Origin: Blastocystis sp. subtype 4
Taxonomy: Eukaryota
Length of the DNA stretch: 45,108 bases
NCBI RefSeq assembly: GCF_000743755.1
Contig: NW_014569543.1
Coordinates: forward strand, 62,001-107,108
Direction of reading: 5' to 3'
Of the stretch, positions 32,092-45,108 are shown in pieces. Made by a program: the position numbers and the translations under genes. Within the stretch, counting starts at the first letter, position 1. Each line of letters begins with the position of its first letter. A model generated the notes under the pieces. The model searched no databases. It was not told the origin of the DNA and worked only from the letters and a program-made list of their open reading frames with translations.

Positions 32092-32265
32092 ATTCCTCAA
32101 AACCGAGCTTCGAAATAAAAGGTAGAAAAGGGGAAGAGGATCGTTCCTTGTACAGTTTCCACAATTCTATCAACACGGTTTTATCAAGCTTCAGGAACAA
32201 GAATGCATGAAATCTATCAGAGACACAAAGAGGAAGAAGTGGTACTAAGAATTCGTGTGTTCAAG

Positions 32266-32273
32266 AACAAACA
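32266..32273 (-). terminator. TGTTTGTT motif downstream of LRR gene
   Basis: + strand AACAAACA, 17 nt after the stop. Confidence 0.75.
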
Positions 32274-32290
32274 CTCAATGATAACTGCAC

Positions 32291-34292
32291 TTAGCTAAAT
32301 GAAACATTTAACTGTGTTTGCCCAAATAATACCTGAGAACAAGTATCCATCATTTCCTTGCTAATATTGTTATCTATGTCAAATCATATCAATTTATCAT
32401 ACTTCCCATGTCAATCCTATTGACCTCACCTAATTGACATCGTGCCAATGTTGTCAACAAGTAGTTACAACCATCATCTCCAATCTTGTTATCTAGAGAA
32501 TCAGGCAATTTCAATTTCAACTACCTCTAACATCGAGATGACTCAATTTGGGGAAACCACCCCGTTCAATCGACTTGATAAGCATAACAAAACATTTAGA
32601 ATCAATTGCATTTCCAGAAAGATTCAAATCCTGAAGATTTATCATGCAATTGAAAAGAGCGCAATTGCTAACAAATTTGATTCCTTCATATCCCATTCCA
32701 GTTTCTACTCATTACCATCACTCCATATATCTACTATGAAGAGACATATGAGTAATCGAATTCAGATTGTTCTTGCGGAAGGAGCGGAACAGAATTTGAA
32801 TTCCCTTATCGCCAATAGCATTCCCTCCTAAGTAGAACTCATGCATATTGGGAGTAGTCTGTGTACTGATGGAATTCGCCAGGAACTGCACTGCTTCATC
32901 ATCAATTTCGTTATCTTCGATGTTCAGAATTTCCACATTTGGCATTTTTCCATCAGCGAACAAAGATGCTAACTTCATCGTTCCACGAGACTTGAATCGA
33001 TTTTCTGTTTGTTAGAATTATATCTCAACCCTACTATTCAGATAGAGACATCGTAGAGTGGGTTCATCTCCCGTGATTAGGTATTCGATATATCCACAGA
33101 ACTGGACAAGGAAGTTATCAGTAAGACCCATATTCGTCAAAGTTAGTGCTGTTGAGGTGAACAATAGTGAACTCAACTGAAGTTGGTTAAAAGTGGATAC
33201 CTCTGCAGATGATAACCTACGGCCTATGTTGAACACACTCTAGTACTCCTACTCAAGACCTCAAGACCAAGTAACTCGATCTGAGGTAGATAGCGGAATG
33301 CACTGATTAAGGCATGAGCTCCTTCCTTCCCAATATCGTTACCATAGAGGATAATTGTATGTAATCGAGGCATGGTTGGAGGTGAAAAGTAGAATTGGAA
33401 AATGTTAACTAAGGACCAACCTTGTGAGAAGAACTTGGCTAATAGTTTACATCCCTCATCACCAATATGCATATCTAGGGATGGAAAGAAGGCAACTCAA
33501 TTACCAGAAATATCGAGAACTTCGAGGTTTGGATAGGTCATTTTTGTCATTTCTTTCATCAAATCACGCATTCCTTCCACTCCCTGAGCTGTCCATTTAA
33601 GAAGACCGGCTTGGGATTCAACCTCCAATTCTTGTTTCTCCTCAAGGCTCTTTTGAATTTCTGCTTCGTGTTCCTTCAGATAGTCCTGCTCTTCTGGAAG
33701 AGGAATGTGGCTACTCTTCAAGAGGGACTCTAATTCATCGATCCGGCATTTCTGCTGCTTGTTAACCACTTTCAGTGAAGTTATTTCAGTGAGCAACTTC
33801 GAGATCTTAGTTTCATAGACCAATAACTGGTTTGTAACTTCTTCAACAGGTGAACGCTTTTCGGTTGTAGTAGTCTCCACTTGGGGTGTTTTCTATATCC
33901 AAAACCGTCTCTGAACCTACACACAACATGTAGAAAGTATTGTTGGTATCTGAGATCAAAGGATGAAAATATTCGTCCACTGTCAATACACGAGCTTCAA
34001 ACAAAAGAAAGATAACAACATCACTTGGGAGTCTTGCAAGTTGCTACAGTTATTATTCACATACAACCACTACACGTAGCTCGGGCTCAATTGACTGCGG
34101 TGTGGCATTAGCATCCACTAACAACATATAATGTTCATTGTTCGACATATTAACAACCTCCATCGCTGCTCTGTCCATCACTCCGCTCACAGGCACTTGT
34201 CCCATCTTCTCAACATGAGTGGTAGTAACCTCCTTGGAACTAACTACTTCAGCTGCATTTTGCATATTGTTCCCTAGCAGCGATACATCCAT
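32291..34292 (-). CDS. RNI-like leucine-rich repeat protein with N-terminal ubiquitin-like region and coiled coil
   Basis: Repeated LxxLxLxxNxIGDxG (IGDEGC, NDIGKEGA, NAIGDKGI, NKIGDDGC); coiled coil EVTNQLLVYETKISKLL...; spliced N-terminal ~70 aa with a Ubl-like pattern. TAA at 32291-32293. Confidence 0.7.
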
Positions 34293-34585
34293 ATCAACAG
34301 ATAATTGTATTCTCTATCTTGGTGATAATATGGCTTTTTTCTGGAATGATTGGTTTCCGAATTACCTCGTAGATGAGATGGTAGTCATGTTTTCATGTCC
34401 TTTCCTATTAGTTTATATGTTGCGATCATTAGAATAAATAGTGGGACATGATCCATCAGTTGCATGTTTGTTAGTTCCAGAGACTGTAGATGAGTGCTAG
34501 AATTCTATTTGTAGAGTTACAATGAGATTGGAGTTACGATCAGGCGTTTTGTGTGACCAAAACGACATATTTTCTTTTATTTCCA

Positions 34586-35775
34586 ATGGAGACGCCTGTA
34601 TTCGTTTGTAGTCCTCATTACCTTATAGAGCGTAGGAAAAGACCAGGAGGTTACTACAGTTCTGATCCCCAAAGAGGAGTCAGCAGTATATCTCAACTAC
34701 AAGTTGACAAAGAAATCTGCTCTTGGCATGTTTTTTGTAGCTCTGGGCTCGCTATTTGGAAGGTAGGGATTGTCTTGACTCATTCTCCATAGTTTGATGG
34801 CAACAGCTGTCAGTATTTTAGGAAGCCACTACAAAATCCCCTCTCCCGCTATTACTTTTATTCGTTGTCTCGTCAATTTGGCGATCAACCTCATTTGTTG
34901 TGCTATTGTGAAAGCAAATCCAGTTGGACCTTACAAGGAAACGAGAAAGTTTATCTGGGTCATTCTACGTGGATTATTCGGAGGTATCCAGATTACTTGC
35001 TATTTCTTTGCTTTTACCAAGGTAATTAATATTTCGTTTCTATAAGATAGATATTTGTTGGTGATGCAACTACACTTACATTTATCGCCCCAGTATTAAC
35101 TGGTTTTCTTGCTATTTGTATGCTAAATGAGAAGTGGGGATGGTTTGATGCCATTGCCTCCATTTTCTGTTTTGTTGGTGTGCTGTTCGTTGCTAAACCG
35201 AAGTTCCTCTTTGGTGGTGAGTCTGTAAGAATGATTCTAGTGATTGATCATAGAGCATTCAAGTTGGATATTTGTTGATTGCATTTGCAGGGTCTTGTGC
35301 TGCTGCTCTAGCTTATATTGCTGTACGGAAGGTTGGACCGTCTGTATCTGCATTTGTTCTTATCAACTATATTCTCATATTTACCATGCTCATTGCAGTC
35401 TTCCAGAGTTACTTCATGATTCATATCTTCCCATGGCCCAAAAAACAATTGCCTGTACAGGCTTGGTTATGGCTTGTATCAACAGGTTTCCTGGGTGCTG
35501 GAGCACAGGTAGAGATAGAGTGTGAGGCTCATGAATAGTACTGTATTAATCGTGGCTTGCAGTTGGAGAAAGCTGGACCTGCTACTTCAATGAGGTTTTT
35601 GGATATAGTGTTTTCGTACTTCTGGCAAGTTTGGATTGTGCACAATCCAATTGATAAGTTTAGTCTGATTGGTGCATGTTTAGTGAGCTTGTGTCTGATT
35701 TTGATTGGATTCAAGAAATGGTGGTATGTCAGAAAGGCACGATTGGAATATGAGCAATCTCTCTTTTCTGTTTAA
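34586..35775 (+). CDS. EamA/DMT (SLC35G-like) membrane transporter
   Basis: ITFIRC, ILRGLFG, VGDATTLTFIAPVLTGFLAICMLNEKW, GVLFVAKP, YIAVRKVG, GLQLEKAGPATSMRFLDIVFSY. Confidence 0.88.
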
Positions 35776-35776
35776 G

Positions 35777-35784
35777 AACAAACA
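35777..35784 (-). terminator. TGTTTGTT motif defining the ATM poly(A) site
   Basis: Minus strand TGG TTA T|CGAG TGTTTGTT. Confidence 0.85.
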
Positions 35785-35788
35785 CTCG

Positions 35789-38700
35789 ATAACCATGCTC
35801 CCCACCCATGAAACATTAGCGCTAGATTATTCTCATTTGTTGCTTGCTTTATCAACACATCTACTTGCTTCTCGACACTTATAGATTCTGTGTTCTGATT
35901 ATCACGCCCCAAAAGCTTGTTTTCGATCTTAAACAGTACTTGTTCAGCACTCGTATTCGCTCCATCCATCATTGCATTCTCATCTCGATTTCTCACAACC
36001 CAACTGTTCAATGGATCGTGCAAGAACACCTCCAGAATTGTCAGAATCAATTCACGTTTTTCACTCACCAGCTTCATACAGAATTCCATCTGCTCTCGGA
36101 GTAAACCATCTACTCCTTCCACTCCCAGACAATCTACAAATTCTCTCGTTAATCGGAATGGAACTCGCTCAGGAACACACAGAATACGACCTCGTTCGAA
36201 TAGAATTCCAAAGTCGATATGTACTAATTCGCCTGTTTTATTGTCAATCAAGATATTACGAAGATGTCTATCTCCTAATCCCACAATATAACCAATAATT
36301 GAATTCACACTCAACGTAGACACAAAATGGTGGGTATTTTGGTACCATTGTTGTGGAGCAAAGAAACGTTCCAAGAAGAAATAGTGAAGAACAGGAGTGA
36401 ATTGTTTAGTGATTGAATGATAGAACTGAATTCGTTCTTCTGCAGGTCTAGTCTTCAGAGTAGCAGCTTGTTTCCAGATTTGAGTATTTGAAATCTCTCC
36501 AGGATGATACCGAGAATGTGCAGAAGTATCCATTTTGTGTCTTCTAGAGATGAAAGAGAGAAAGCCTGATATACGAGTCAGAGACCAAATAATCACGAAT
36601 TGTCGTACTGTTAGAAACGAATTCAATTACTCCTGTTTTACTTGTGATGCTTACAATCTGCTCATCATTCTTCAATCTGACTTACTCGATAAATTCGGAG
36701 ATGAATGTCTTGAAACGAAGGGTTTTGTGATTCACAATTCTTCTCTGCTAAGAGACGATTAAGCAGCTCGAATAACTGCTGGACTACACAGTCTGAGCGA
36801 ATCTCATCCTTCTTCAGAATCTGATTGAAATTTGATCCATCATGAGCAACACAGGTTACACGCAAAGGTGATGTGATTCCTGTGGCTACCAACTTGAATG
36901 AGGATCCAAAGTCGTGAATGAATGGAATAGACTGTCGTTGGAGTTGTTCCAATGGGAGAATGGGTAGTGTGGCTGTGAGAACAGGAAGCTGAGACCATAA
37001 TCGAAGAGAAGACGAGGATACCCAGGAATTGGGAAGAGGAATAGGAGCATCCTTCTCCATATCACTGTGATTGGCAAGAATAAGAGAATGATAAGCTGAG
37101 AAGAGAGAACAGTAGGCATGATAGATTGGTAAGACAGGTTCAGAGAGAGAAGAGAGAACAGATAGAACAAGTGACTCTCGCTTAGTTGGATTGAGATGAT
37201 TCTTCTCTGTGACAATAGGAAGAAGCTGATAATGAGGGGAATAAGTGAGGATACAAATGGAAGGAGGTGAAATGGATATGATTCTGTTAGTCGATGAATG
37301 AACTGAGTTAGAAGAGGATTCTCTAGACCAATTCGACTCACAATCTATGTGACAGATAAGGAATAATCTTACTTGATGAGCAAGAGGAACAAAGACTGCA
37401 AGAGGACAATTTAACAGATATGGTTTGATTGAAACTTCAATCTCCTTTCTTATCCATAATCATTATTCCATTCTCATACTCTTGGATATTCTTAAACCAG
37501 AGACTTACAAACATATATACAAAATCGGCACTATTTTGTTCACCTTTCTGGATTCCTTGTAGACATAGTTTTAAAGTTAATTTCCGATATAGACTCAATC
37601 TCGCTTCAATTTTATCAGCGGCATTTGGCCCCTCTTGAAATTCCTTCAACATTACTTCCTTCTCTCGTTTCTGTTCATTCAATACTTGTCGTATTGCTTG
37701 TGAGTGTCTAGATCACAATGAATCACCCATATTTACGTCGAGACGATTCTTCGACTCAGGATCTCTAATTCTTGTCGTATCTTTGACTAAGATTAACACT
37801 CCTCAGTGATCTCACCATTGTGGTTTCCATCTGATTATACTCATTACTCTCGAAGTATCCCTGTAACCGCTTTAGTAAATCATTTGTAACACTGGCCAAT
37901 GTGAGATATGATCGTTCTAGACATGACAAGGTGTTGATTAACTGACTTTGGCTACAAATGGATGAAATAAAAGAGTTTGTTGATAGAGGAGTTAATGATT
38001 CAGCTACTGACTCATCCTCCTCATTGTGAAGTAGAGAACACATCGCTTGAACACTATTCAATCGTCTACTCTCATCTTCGTTAGCAGAAGTTAACAGCAA
38101 TTCCTCTAATCGACAGGTTCCTGATACTAACGAGGTTGTAGCAAGGTGCTCAGCAGATCTGACTGTAACTCACTCTCATGATCCTTACCGAATCATTGAC
38201 ACAGCAAGCTGGATAAACCCTTGTCGATACAGCACTTTGGCAGTCTCTAGTTGAAGGAGACTTCGATGGTTATCTGTGACCAGTTCGGCTGCTGGACCTG
38301 TTAGACAAGTACTCAATAGTTCCAGCTTGTAACGAAGCTGAGCAATCTTACTATCAACAATCATTCCTTCAGCTCCATAGCGTCTCTCATCCATATGGCT
38401 GGTTCGGATATTCATTTGTGTCATATGTTCCAATAGAGATTCCAGTACAGACTGATAGCAATGAGCACTCTCTTCAGTATCACGTCGACCTCGTAGCAGA
38501 AGTAGATTCGCCTGAAGAAGTCTTTGTTTCTCATTTTCAGGTTGAATTGATGGATCTTTCGCACAGAACTCCAGATATTGAAGTAATTCAGAGTCAATCA
38601 TCACTTCTTGCAATGATGACAAGTCTATTCCTCATTTCATGGGCGATCACATACTCTCACTGCGAAGCATCTCCAGAAACTCAAGAGATAGAATCTTCTC

Positions 38701-41700
38701 TGATTTCTGATGCCAGGACTGCGTAATTCCTAGTGAATTCAGAGGATGACTGATCTGTTGTTCATATTCTAACAAGAGAGATGAAACTCCTTCATGTTGA
38801 TTCCCTTCGTTCTGTTCTCGTCCCCATTGTGTGAGTTGTCTCCATGGCCACACCATCCACAAGTCCTTCTGTTGTCCTGAGAATAGATCTGTTACTCCAA
38901 GACTTGATAATGACTGTTGAAGTACATGAGGCTCACCAATCAGAGAAGCATAGGCTGAGAGACTAGAAGAGAAGCATTTCATTTTTCCTTACTCTTGGAA
39001 AGCTGCTGCAAAACCAAATCGTTGAGTCTCGCATTGAACCAACATTTGTTGACTGGTTTGACCACTCTGGGTTATAGCAAGGGCTGCATACGGGTTGCCT
39101 GCTGCAAGATAACTATTGACAAGCTGGCTGTTTAGTGATTTCATATCAATCAAGGATAAGAACTGTTCAGTGATTGTTTGAGTATGGACATCAACCCCAG
39201 ACTGATTACTACGGAGTCGCTTATCAGCCATCTCCATGGATTCTCCCTCTTCATCACTACTTGAATCTGTGTGAGAGACCACTGAAGGATAGGTCACAAT
39301 AGTATTCCAGCTGTAGATGTGAGTGTCCTCAGGAGTGATGGGAAGAGTCACTGAATGCATCCAGAGAAGCGAAGTCATTGGCTTATGCAGAGAGGAGGCT
39401 GCATCAATGATAAGTGTGAGAGGGAGTTGGAGACGAACAAGCAAACAATCTACAGGAGAAGGATACTGAGATGATGAGTTCTGGTGTCCACTTAGCAAAA
39501 CCATGGATTCATGATTACTTTGTGAAGGACGAGAACGCTTTGAAGAACTAGGAGTACTTGTGATTGAAGGAGAATCTGAGAGAAACAGGCCCGAATGATG
39601 GGAAAAATCATAATAGATGAAACGACGAAGATGAGTGAGTGTCTGAAGAGTGATTCGTTGAACTGTTTCCTGGCTACTGAGAGCCAGACGGATCAATACT
39701 CCAATCTGGACATCATACTGTTGTTGTAATGCTTCATATAACAGAAGAGTCATTAGCAAAATCTGGTTCTCTCGACCTTCCATTGTTGCAGTTGAGAAAC
39801 ACTCTTCTAGAACAGATAGAAATGGCGAAAAGAGAGAATTAGCACAGAGATGAAGAAGATAACGAAGCATTGATTCGACTGATATCGTATCTGCTGATGA
39901 GGGATTAGGAACCTCTTCCGTTGGCATGATATGCACTTTTTGCGTCATCATATCATTTGCATCAACACTAGGAATTGTGAGAGTGGATACCTCAGTGTTC
40001 ACTCGTTCTACTGAATGACGCACACGTAAAGAAAGAAGAAGCGGATGATTGACCCAACGTGAATGATCGATGGATTCAAGAGATTTGTGATTGATAACCT
40101 TTTGAAGGACTGTTAGTGCTTCAATCCATCGAGAAGAAGGAGTATCATGAAGCAAGGACAGTGCTATTGAATCTAATAACGAGAGAATCAACTGAACATG
40201 AGGAGATGAGGTCTCTGACTCTAAATCCACCTGGGAACTCATCAGGTCTCGATTCTCTGGGTTTAGATTCAGAAGCTACAGGGAAACACATCTTAAGTCA
40301 CCTACTGTACGCAATGCATCATACATACGTCGTCCTTCAGAAACTGTTACCGCATCGGCACGAGCATATACAAACTGAACAGCTTGAACGATCACATGTC
40401 TCAACATATTGTTATCCAGAAGCAAATCTGAAGTATCAGGAGTAGAAAGAGATTGTGAGCCCTCCGCAGAATCATCCTTCTCCATCACACGCACTGTCAA
40501 CATTTGAGTCTGGATAAAGTTTGTAAGGATTCGTTGCAATTGGGATGTCACACAGTCCCAATGACTAGCATAATCCTTCTGAAGAATCGATAGAAGTGTG
40601 ATCAGCAGTGATTTGAATCTCTATTCTTCATTGTAGCCATTCATTCATACCATCACCAGAACAGGAAGAGCTGTCTTTACACAACACAGGATCCATTGGA
40701 CACTTGGTTGATTAGATCGTAACCAACCTTCCGTACATCGTTTCCAATCATCTCGTTGGTTAAGAATTATTTCGAATACCCCAGCGTATTCACTGATACT
40801 CAGATAATCAGTCTCTTCATGCCATAAAAACTCCTCCAATTTCACTAATGATCAAATACTGTTATCATTCTCTACAGAGATGGAAGCAACAATCTGCTAT
40901 CGAATCTAACAAAGGACTATTTCGACTCATATTTGATGCAAGACACTGGAGTCGAGAGAGAATGAGATAAGTGACAAATCGATTGGAGAACCAGGATGAC
41001 TACAAAAAAGGAGAAAGGACAACACATACACATCGATCCATAAGACAGAGGAGAGTTTGAAGGAAAGAATTAACGTACTGACTGTTTCGAGTCGAAGTAT
41101 CGAAAGAGAGAAGAGCTTGGAGGAAGTATGTGGATGGAAGCTGAGTCTCTGCTGGTTCCAAGAGTTCACAAATACCCCAATTCATGACTTGAGGATTGGT
41201 ATGACTATGGACAAAGAGAAAAGTTAGATATTCTATCTGGATCTGTTCTTTGTGATTCTCTAACGCTATTTGAAGAGAAGCTCTCACATCATTTCTCAGT
41301 GAGTCCGTCACTCGATGTAACTCCAGATTCATTTCCTCTGAATACTCAATCACACAAAGAGTTGGAAGAAGATTAGCAATACACTTCATAATCAAATCAC
41401 AATCTGTTTTGCAGTTTCGTCGGAGTGTCGTAAGAATAGGATACGTATCATAACATGTTGACGATTTGATTCCACTTACCTTCAAATGCTCCCCGATTGA
41501 CTGAAGAAGAAGAGAGAGAGATGATTCATCCTATTACTCATTCATTATCACACTATAAGACTTGTTGAACCAGTTCCCACACCATACCTGCAAGAGCAAA
41601 TCGTTCAGCTAAAGGAATCGTGAGAACTTCTCGGATTGGATGAATGAAAGATGTATCTTGAAGAGAGTAGAACTGGGTCTTGGCCAAATTAGCCGCAGCA

Positions 41701-44700
41701 ATCAGACTCTGAGATGAAGAGAGAGAACCTTTAGCTCCTTGAAGCATGCAACAGAGAGCAATGGATAGAAGAGAAGGAAGAGAAGATGAAAGAACTAGGA
41801 GTAGTTCAATCATAGCTTGTAGAGACAATTGGTGAGTGTTCCATGACTTCTTCAGAAGACTAAGAGTAAAGGATTGAACAAAAGCCTGTTGACTTTCCAT
41901 ACTTGCTATCTCCTCCAAGATTGGTCTTGCGAATTGAGAGAGTGATAATGAAGAAGAGAGCATAACCGTCTTTTCAAGAAATAGGAGAACTCTCATTTGA
42001 GTGTTTCGATCGAGAGTAGAGTAGAATCCTTTAGTGATCTGAAGCAAAGTGTGATATTGAAGAGGACATGTCACAGATTTAACAAAGATTGAGTTAAATA
42101 CTGACTCTTGAATAGACTGAAACGCAGTCTTCAGAGAGGATGAATGAGAGAGAACACTGAAAAAATATGATGAAGCTACTCCATATGTATCCTGAACAGT
42201 AAATAATGCTTGAAGAAGAGAAGAACCTGCTTGTTTCATAGACTGATCCTCTTGTTCCAATAAGGAGAGAGTCAATCGATATAGAGAAAGACGCAGTAAG
42301 TGTCTGAAAGGCATATCTTCCATCCATTCGTTTACATGGCTCAAAACAGTATCATAATCAGTAGCTTTTACTTCATTCTTCAGAGCTATTCGAGCATTCA
42401 CTGTTAACATAAAGACTAGAATCATATCACTATTGTGAATTGAAGTAGCCAGATTATAACGGAATCCTTCATTCACACTTGGAGTATCAAACAGAACCAG
42501 CTTCCGAGAAGTTAGAATTCGATCACTTAACAAACTAAAGAAATCTTGAAGAGGTTTCAGAGAGTAACAGGATGATGAGAGTGAAGCATTGGAGAACAGA
42601 AAGAGTTGAAGGAAATAACTCCACACACGTCCTCCTTGTTGTGAATGCACGTCAGTCTGCATGATCAAAGATACAAAGATATTGGAGAGAGATTGAAGAG
42701 TCTCGTGATCTGATTTACATAACTGAATAACCAATTGCCACACCTGTCCACAAAGGAGGAATCGAGAATACACATCATCTGTGCAATCCATTTGCGATAA
42801 TTCTGAATGGATTCGATTACACTCTTCCTTCACAACCTCTACTAGTTTTGTACGTATTAGAGTGAGATTCTTAAGAGCTGAAGGATGGTTTGAGAAGTCT
42901 GTAATTTCAATGAATCGAGTCTGGAACAATTCCACTGGGACTCCTTCATCTCGCAAGAGTTGTTCATATTTGGTTGCATATTCACTCAGAGATGCGTCAA
43001 AGTATTTGATGGTTAGTTTGGCACCACAGAGAACCGTGATCAACTCACAGAAGACAGCTAGACATCCATCAAACTGGATCTCCTGATGAATAACTTGACG
43101 ACTATTCAGAGTGCCCAATGGTGAGGATGGAATCTTGAAGACTTGAGGAATGAGAGTATCACAGGTACATTGGAACAACGAATCAAACGAAGGAGAACGA
43201 AGGATCCATTGAATTAGGATCTGAAGAACCGATGAAAACATAGCTGGGAGATTAGAATATGAAACACGAAGAAGACAGCAGCTCACGAAGAGAACCTTCT
43301 CTGTTGTGGAGAACTCTTCAAACCATATCTGACGCATCTCCATCTCTGAAGTTACCAGAAGCTTGCTAACGATATCGAAACGCAACATCACAATATCATC
43401 CAGTGTCATGAGGGTATGCTATAGATTGATTAACAGTAGAAGTCCTTACAGAGAGTCGTTTCGTGATAGAGAGAACAATAGGTCGAATAGGATAAGTTGA
43501 TATCATGAACAGTTCCTTCAGAAGATAGAGGAATGCAATATAACAATCAGTATTAGCTTTGAGATTGTGTGAATCTAACAGACCCAAGACACGAGGAATC
43601 AGAGAGTTAGCATCAAGAGTCAGAAGCGATGAATGAAGAAGAGATACAGTCAGATGAAGAAGACTAATGAGAGTGTTGATGTCTGCAGGGAGAGGAAAAA
43701 GAGTTCCTTGAGTTTCAAGTTGAGTTATTTGCTTGGATGAGTCAAGTCATTTGGACCTACTTCAATGAGAGTATTCTGAAGAGAGGTAAGAAGGTGTTGA
43801 ACAGAGTCTGCAAAGAGAGGATTCGAATGAGCTTGTACAAGTCCTTCGGCAATCGTATTGGTCAATGTAAGCGAGATACTCACACGACCATTGGCAGAAA
43901 AAGACTATCGATTAGAGTTACTAATCATGACAACCTGCTGATTAGGAACACAAACAAGTTCAATCAGAGAACAAGCATCATGAAAGAAGGAAGATGGACA
44001 GTCCTTCAAAGAACAAACAAACATCACAAATGGGAAACAAGACACAATTGAATCATCGATTTGACCAGCAATACACAGTTCTTTGAGGATCTTCACTGAA
44101 TACTCTCCATGGTGTAGAAGAATGGATGTACACTCTGATGGAAACCTAATCTAATATCCTTCCTGTATTCTGACTCTCGAGTGAATGGACTTAAGCAAGA
44201 CAGAGCCATAGATCGTTGGGCATGTGTCATCACGTTAGGACAGTTCATAACTGCATACAGTTGTTCTAAAACTTGTTGAACATCATTACGGTTGATGAAA
44301 GATGCAGCAAAACGCCAATATTCGATCAGACACTGGATCGCCGTTGAACGAGTTATTTTATCAGATAGTTCGTTTTCACTACATTTCATTCAAGTCGAAC
44401 ACAAAGACAGAATTGCATTTGAGACAAGTCGTATCAAGTCAAGAAGACTTCGTTGAGACATCCACGGATAGCAACTAGAATTCTACATAATAGGGAATCC
44501 GTAGATCATTACAGAAAAGAGAATGTTACACACATTGAGCAGATAGTGAGTGGATTGGTCTTGAGTTGTAATTGCCCATTGCAAATTGGATAGAGCAATA
44601 CCTAAAATGCGATCTGCATACTTCTGCAGCACGTAATTGTTCTCCGAAAGCATGACCGTAAAACTGAAGAACAATTGACTGCAGGATGTATCTGCCTTCT

Positions 44701-44953
44701 TTGTGGTACGTTCCTTTTCAAATACAATAACTTCAGCAAACCGATTCAGCAATTCATCCAAAAACGAATTGGCCGGAAAGAGAATCTCAAGTTGGATCAG
44801 TTGCTTTTTGCGTTCTTGATCATTAAGAATACTACAATTGATTAACAGACAAGATTAGTACTCCAAGATGGCCAAAGCACTCTTTTTCCGTACAGTTATA
44901 CGCGAACTACCAAGCTGCTCGCAGCTGTGAATCAGCACTTCTCGAAAATCCAT
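35789..44953 (-). CDS. ATM: Serine/threonine PIKK kinase ATM/Tel1 (TAN-HEAT-FAT-kinase-FATC), complete
   Basis: N-terminal TAN-like MDFREVLIHSCEQLGSSRITVRKK; kinase GLGDRHLRNILIDNKTGELVHIDFG...PERVPFRLTR; FATC SVEKQVDVLIKQATNENNLALMFHGWGAWL. Many micro-introns, not all checked. The end shown is the inferred poly(A)-completed stop; the genomic stop is at 35772. Confidence 0.9.
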
Positions 44954-44969
44954 CCCGAAGTGAAATGTG

Positions 44970-44977
44970 AACAAACA
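44970..44977 (-). terminator. TGTTTGTT motif downstream of RPS9
   Basis: + strand AACAAACA, 33 nt after the RPS9 stop. Confidence 0.75.
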
Positions 44978-45010
44978 ATCCACTGAGTCCCTTTGAATTC
45001 ACTCAAACCC

Positions 45011-45108
45011 TTATTCTTCAGTCGTGTTCTTTCCATTTCTTCTAGCCACACGTCCAGGACGACCACCTCCATAGGGAGAGTTCTCAGCGAACTGAATGTG
45101 CTTCTCTG
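45011..45108 (-). CDS. RPS9: 40S ribosomal protein S9 (uS4), 3' end only
   Basis: Reads EKHIQFAENSPYGGGRPGRVARRNGKNTTEE*, matching the uS4 C-terminal SP(Y/F)GGGRPGRV motif. Confidence 0.9.
   Translation of the reverse strand, partial: EKHIQFAENSPYGGGRPGRVARRNGKNTTEE

Noticed and set aside
32092..32215. Open upstream frame suggesting a frameshifted N-terminus of the IMP-like gene
   Set aside because: It has no usable ATG; ATG 32091 gives a coherent protein without recoding.
21069..44953. Fragmented ORFs suggesting pseudogenes or an alternative genetic code
   Set aside because: The breaks I checked are explained by ~30-nt spliceosomal introns under the standard code.

Overview
Eukaryotic, very gene-dense nuclear DNA. 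It has many ~28-33 nt GT-AG introns, intergenic gaps often under 100 bp, and a TGTTTGTT motif just downstream of gene ends. Together these strongly suggest the stramenopile gut parasite Blastocystis (inference). The ORF track is fragmented by these micro-introns, so I re-spliced the genes by eye. In order: a 5'-truncated intronless surface protein (He_PIG/Ig, F5/8-like and Cys-rich modules, TM, Pro-Ala tail), a RING protein, a hypothetical membrane protein, a DUF4379 zinc-ribbon repeat protein, a GT49 glycosyltransferase (-), UGGT, a DENN-ENTH fusion with DLL/KKVV repeats, PI synthase, a STELLO/DUF288-like glycosyltransferase, RPB2, M17 leucyl aminopeptidase, a degenerate UPF1-like protein (-), FEX fluoride exporter (-), an inactive-looking S26/IMP-like protein (-), a Ubl/coiled-coil/LRR protein (-), an EamA/DMT transporter, a complete ATM/Tel1 kinase (-) and the 3' end of RPS9 (-). 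Highlights: (1) a UPF1 pseudo-helicase with a duplicated frameshift or repeat-derived micro-intron; (2) an ATM stop codon that appears to be created by polyadenylation; (3) an AT-AC U12-type intron in RPB2; (4) a DENN+ENTH fusion; (5) a regular Ig/HRM-like alternating receptor. All family calls come from recalled motifs; no searches were run.
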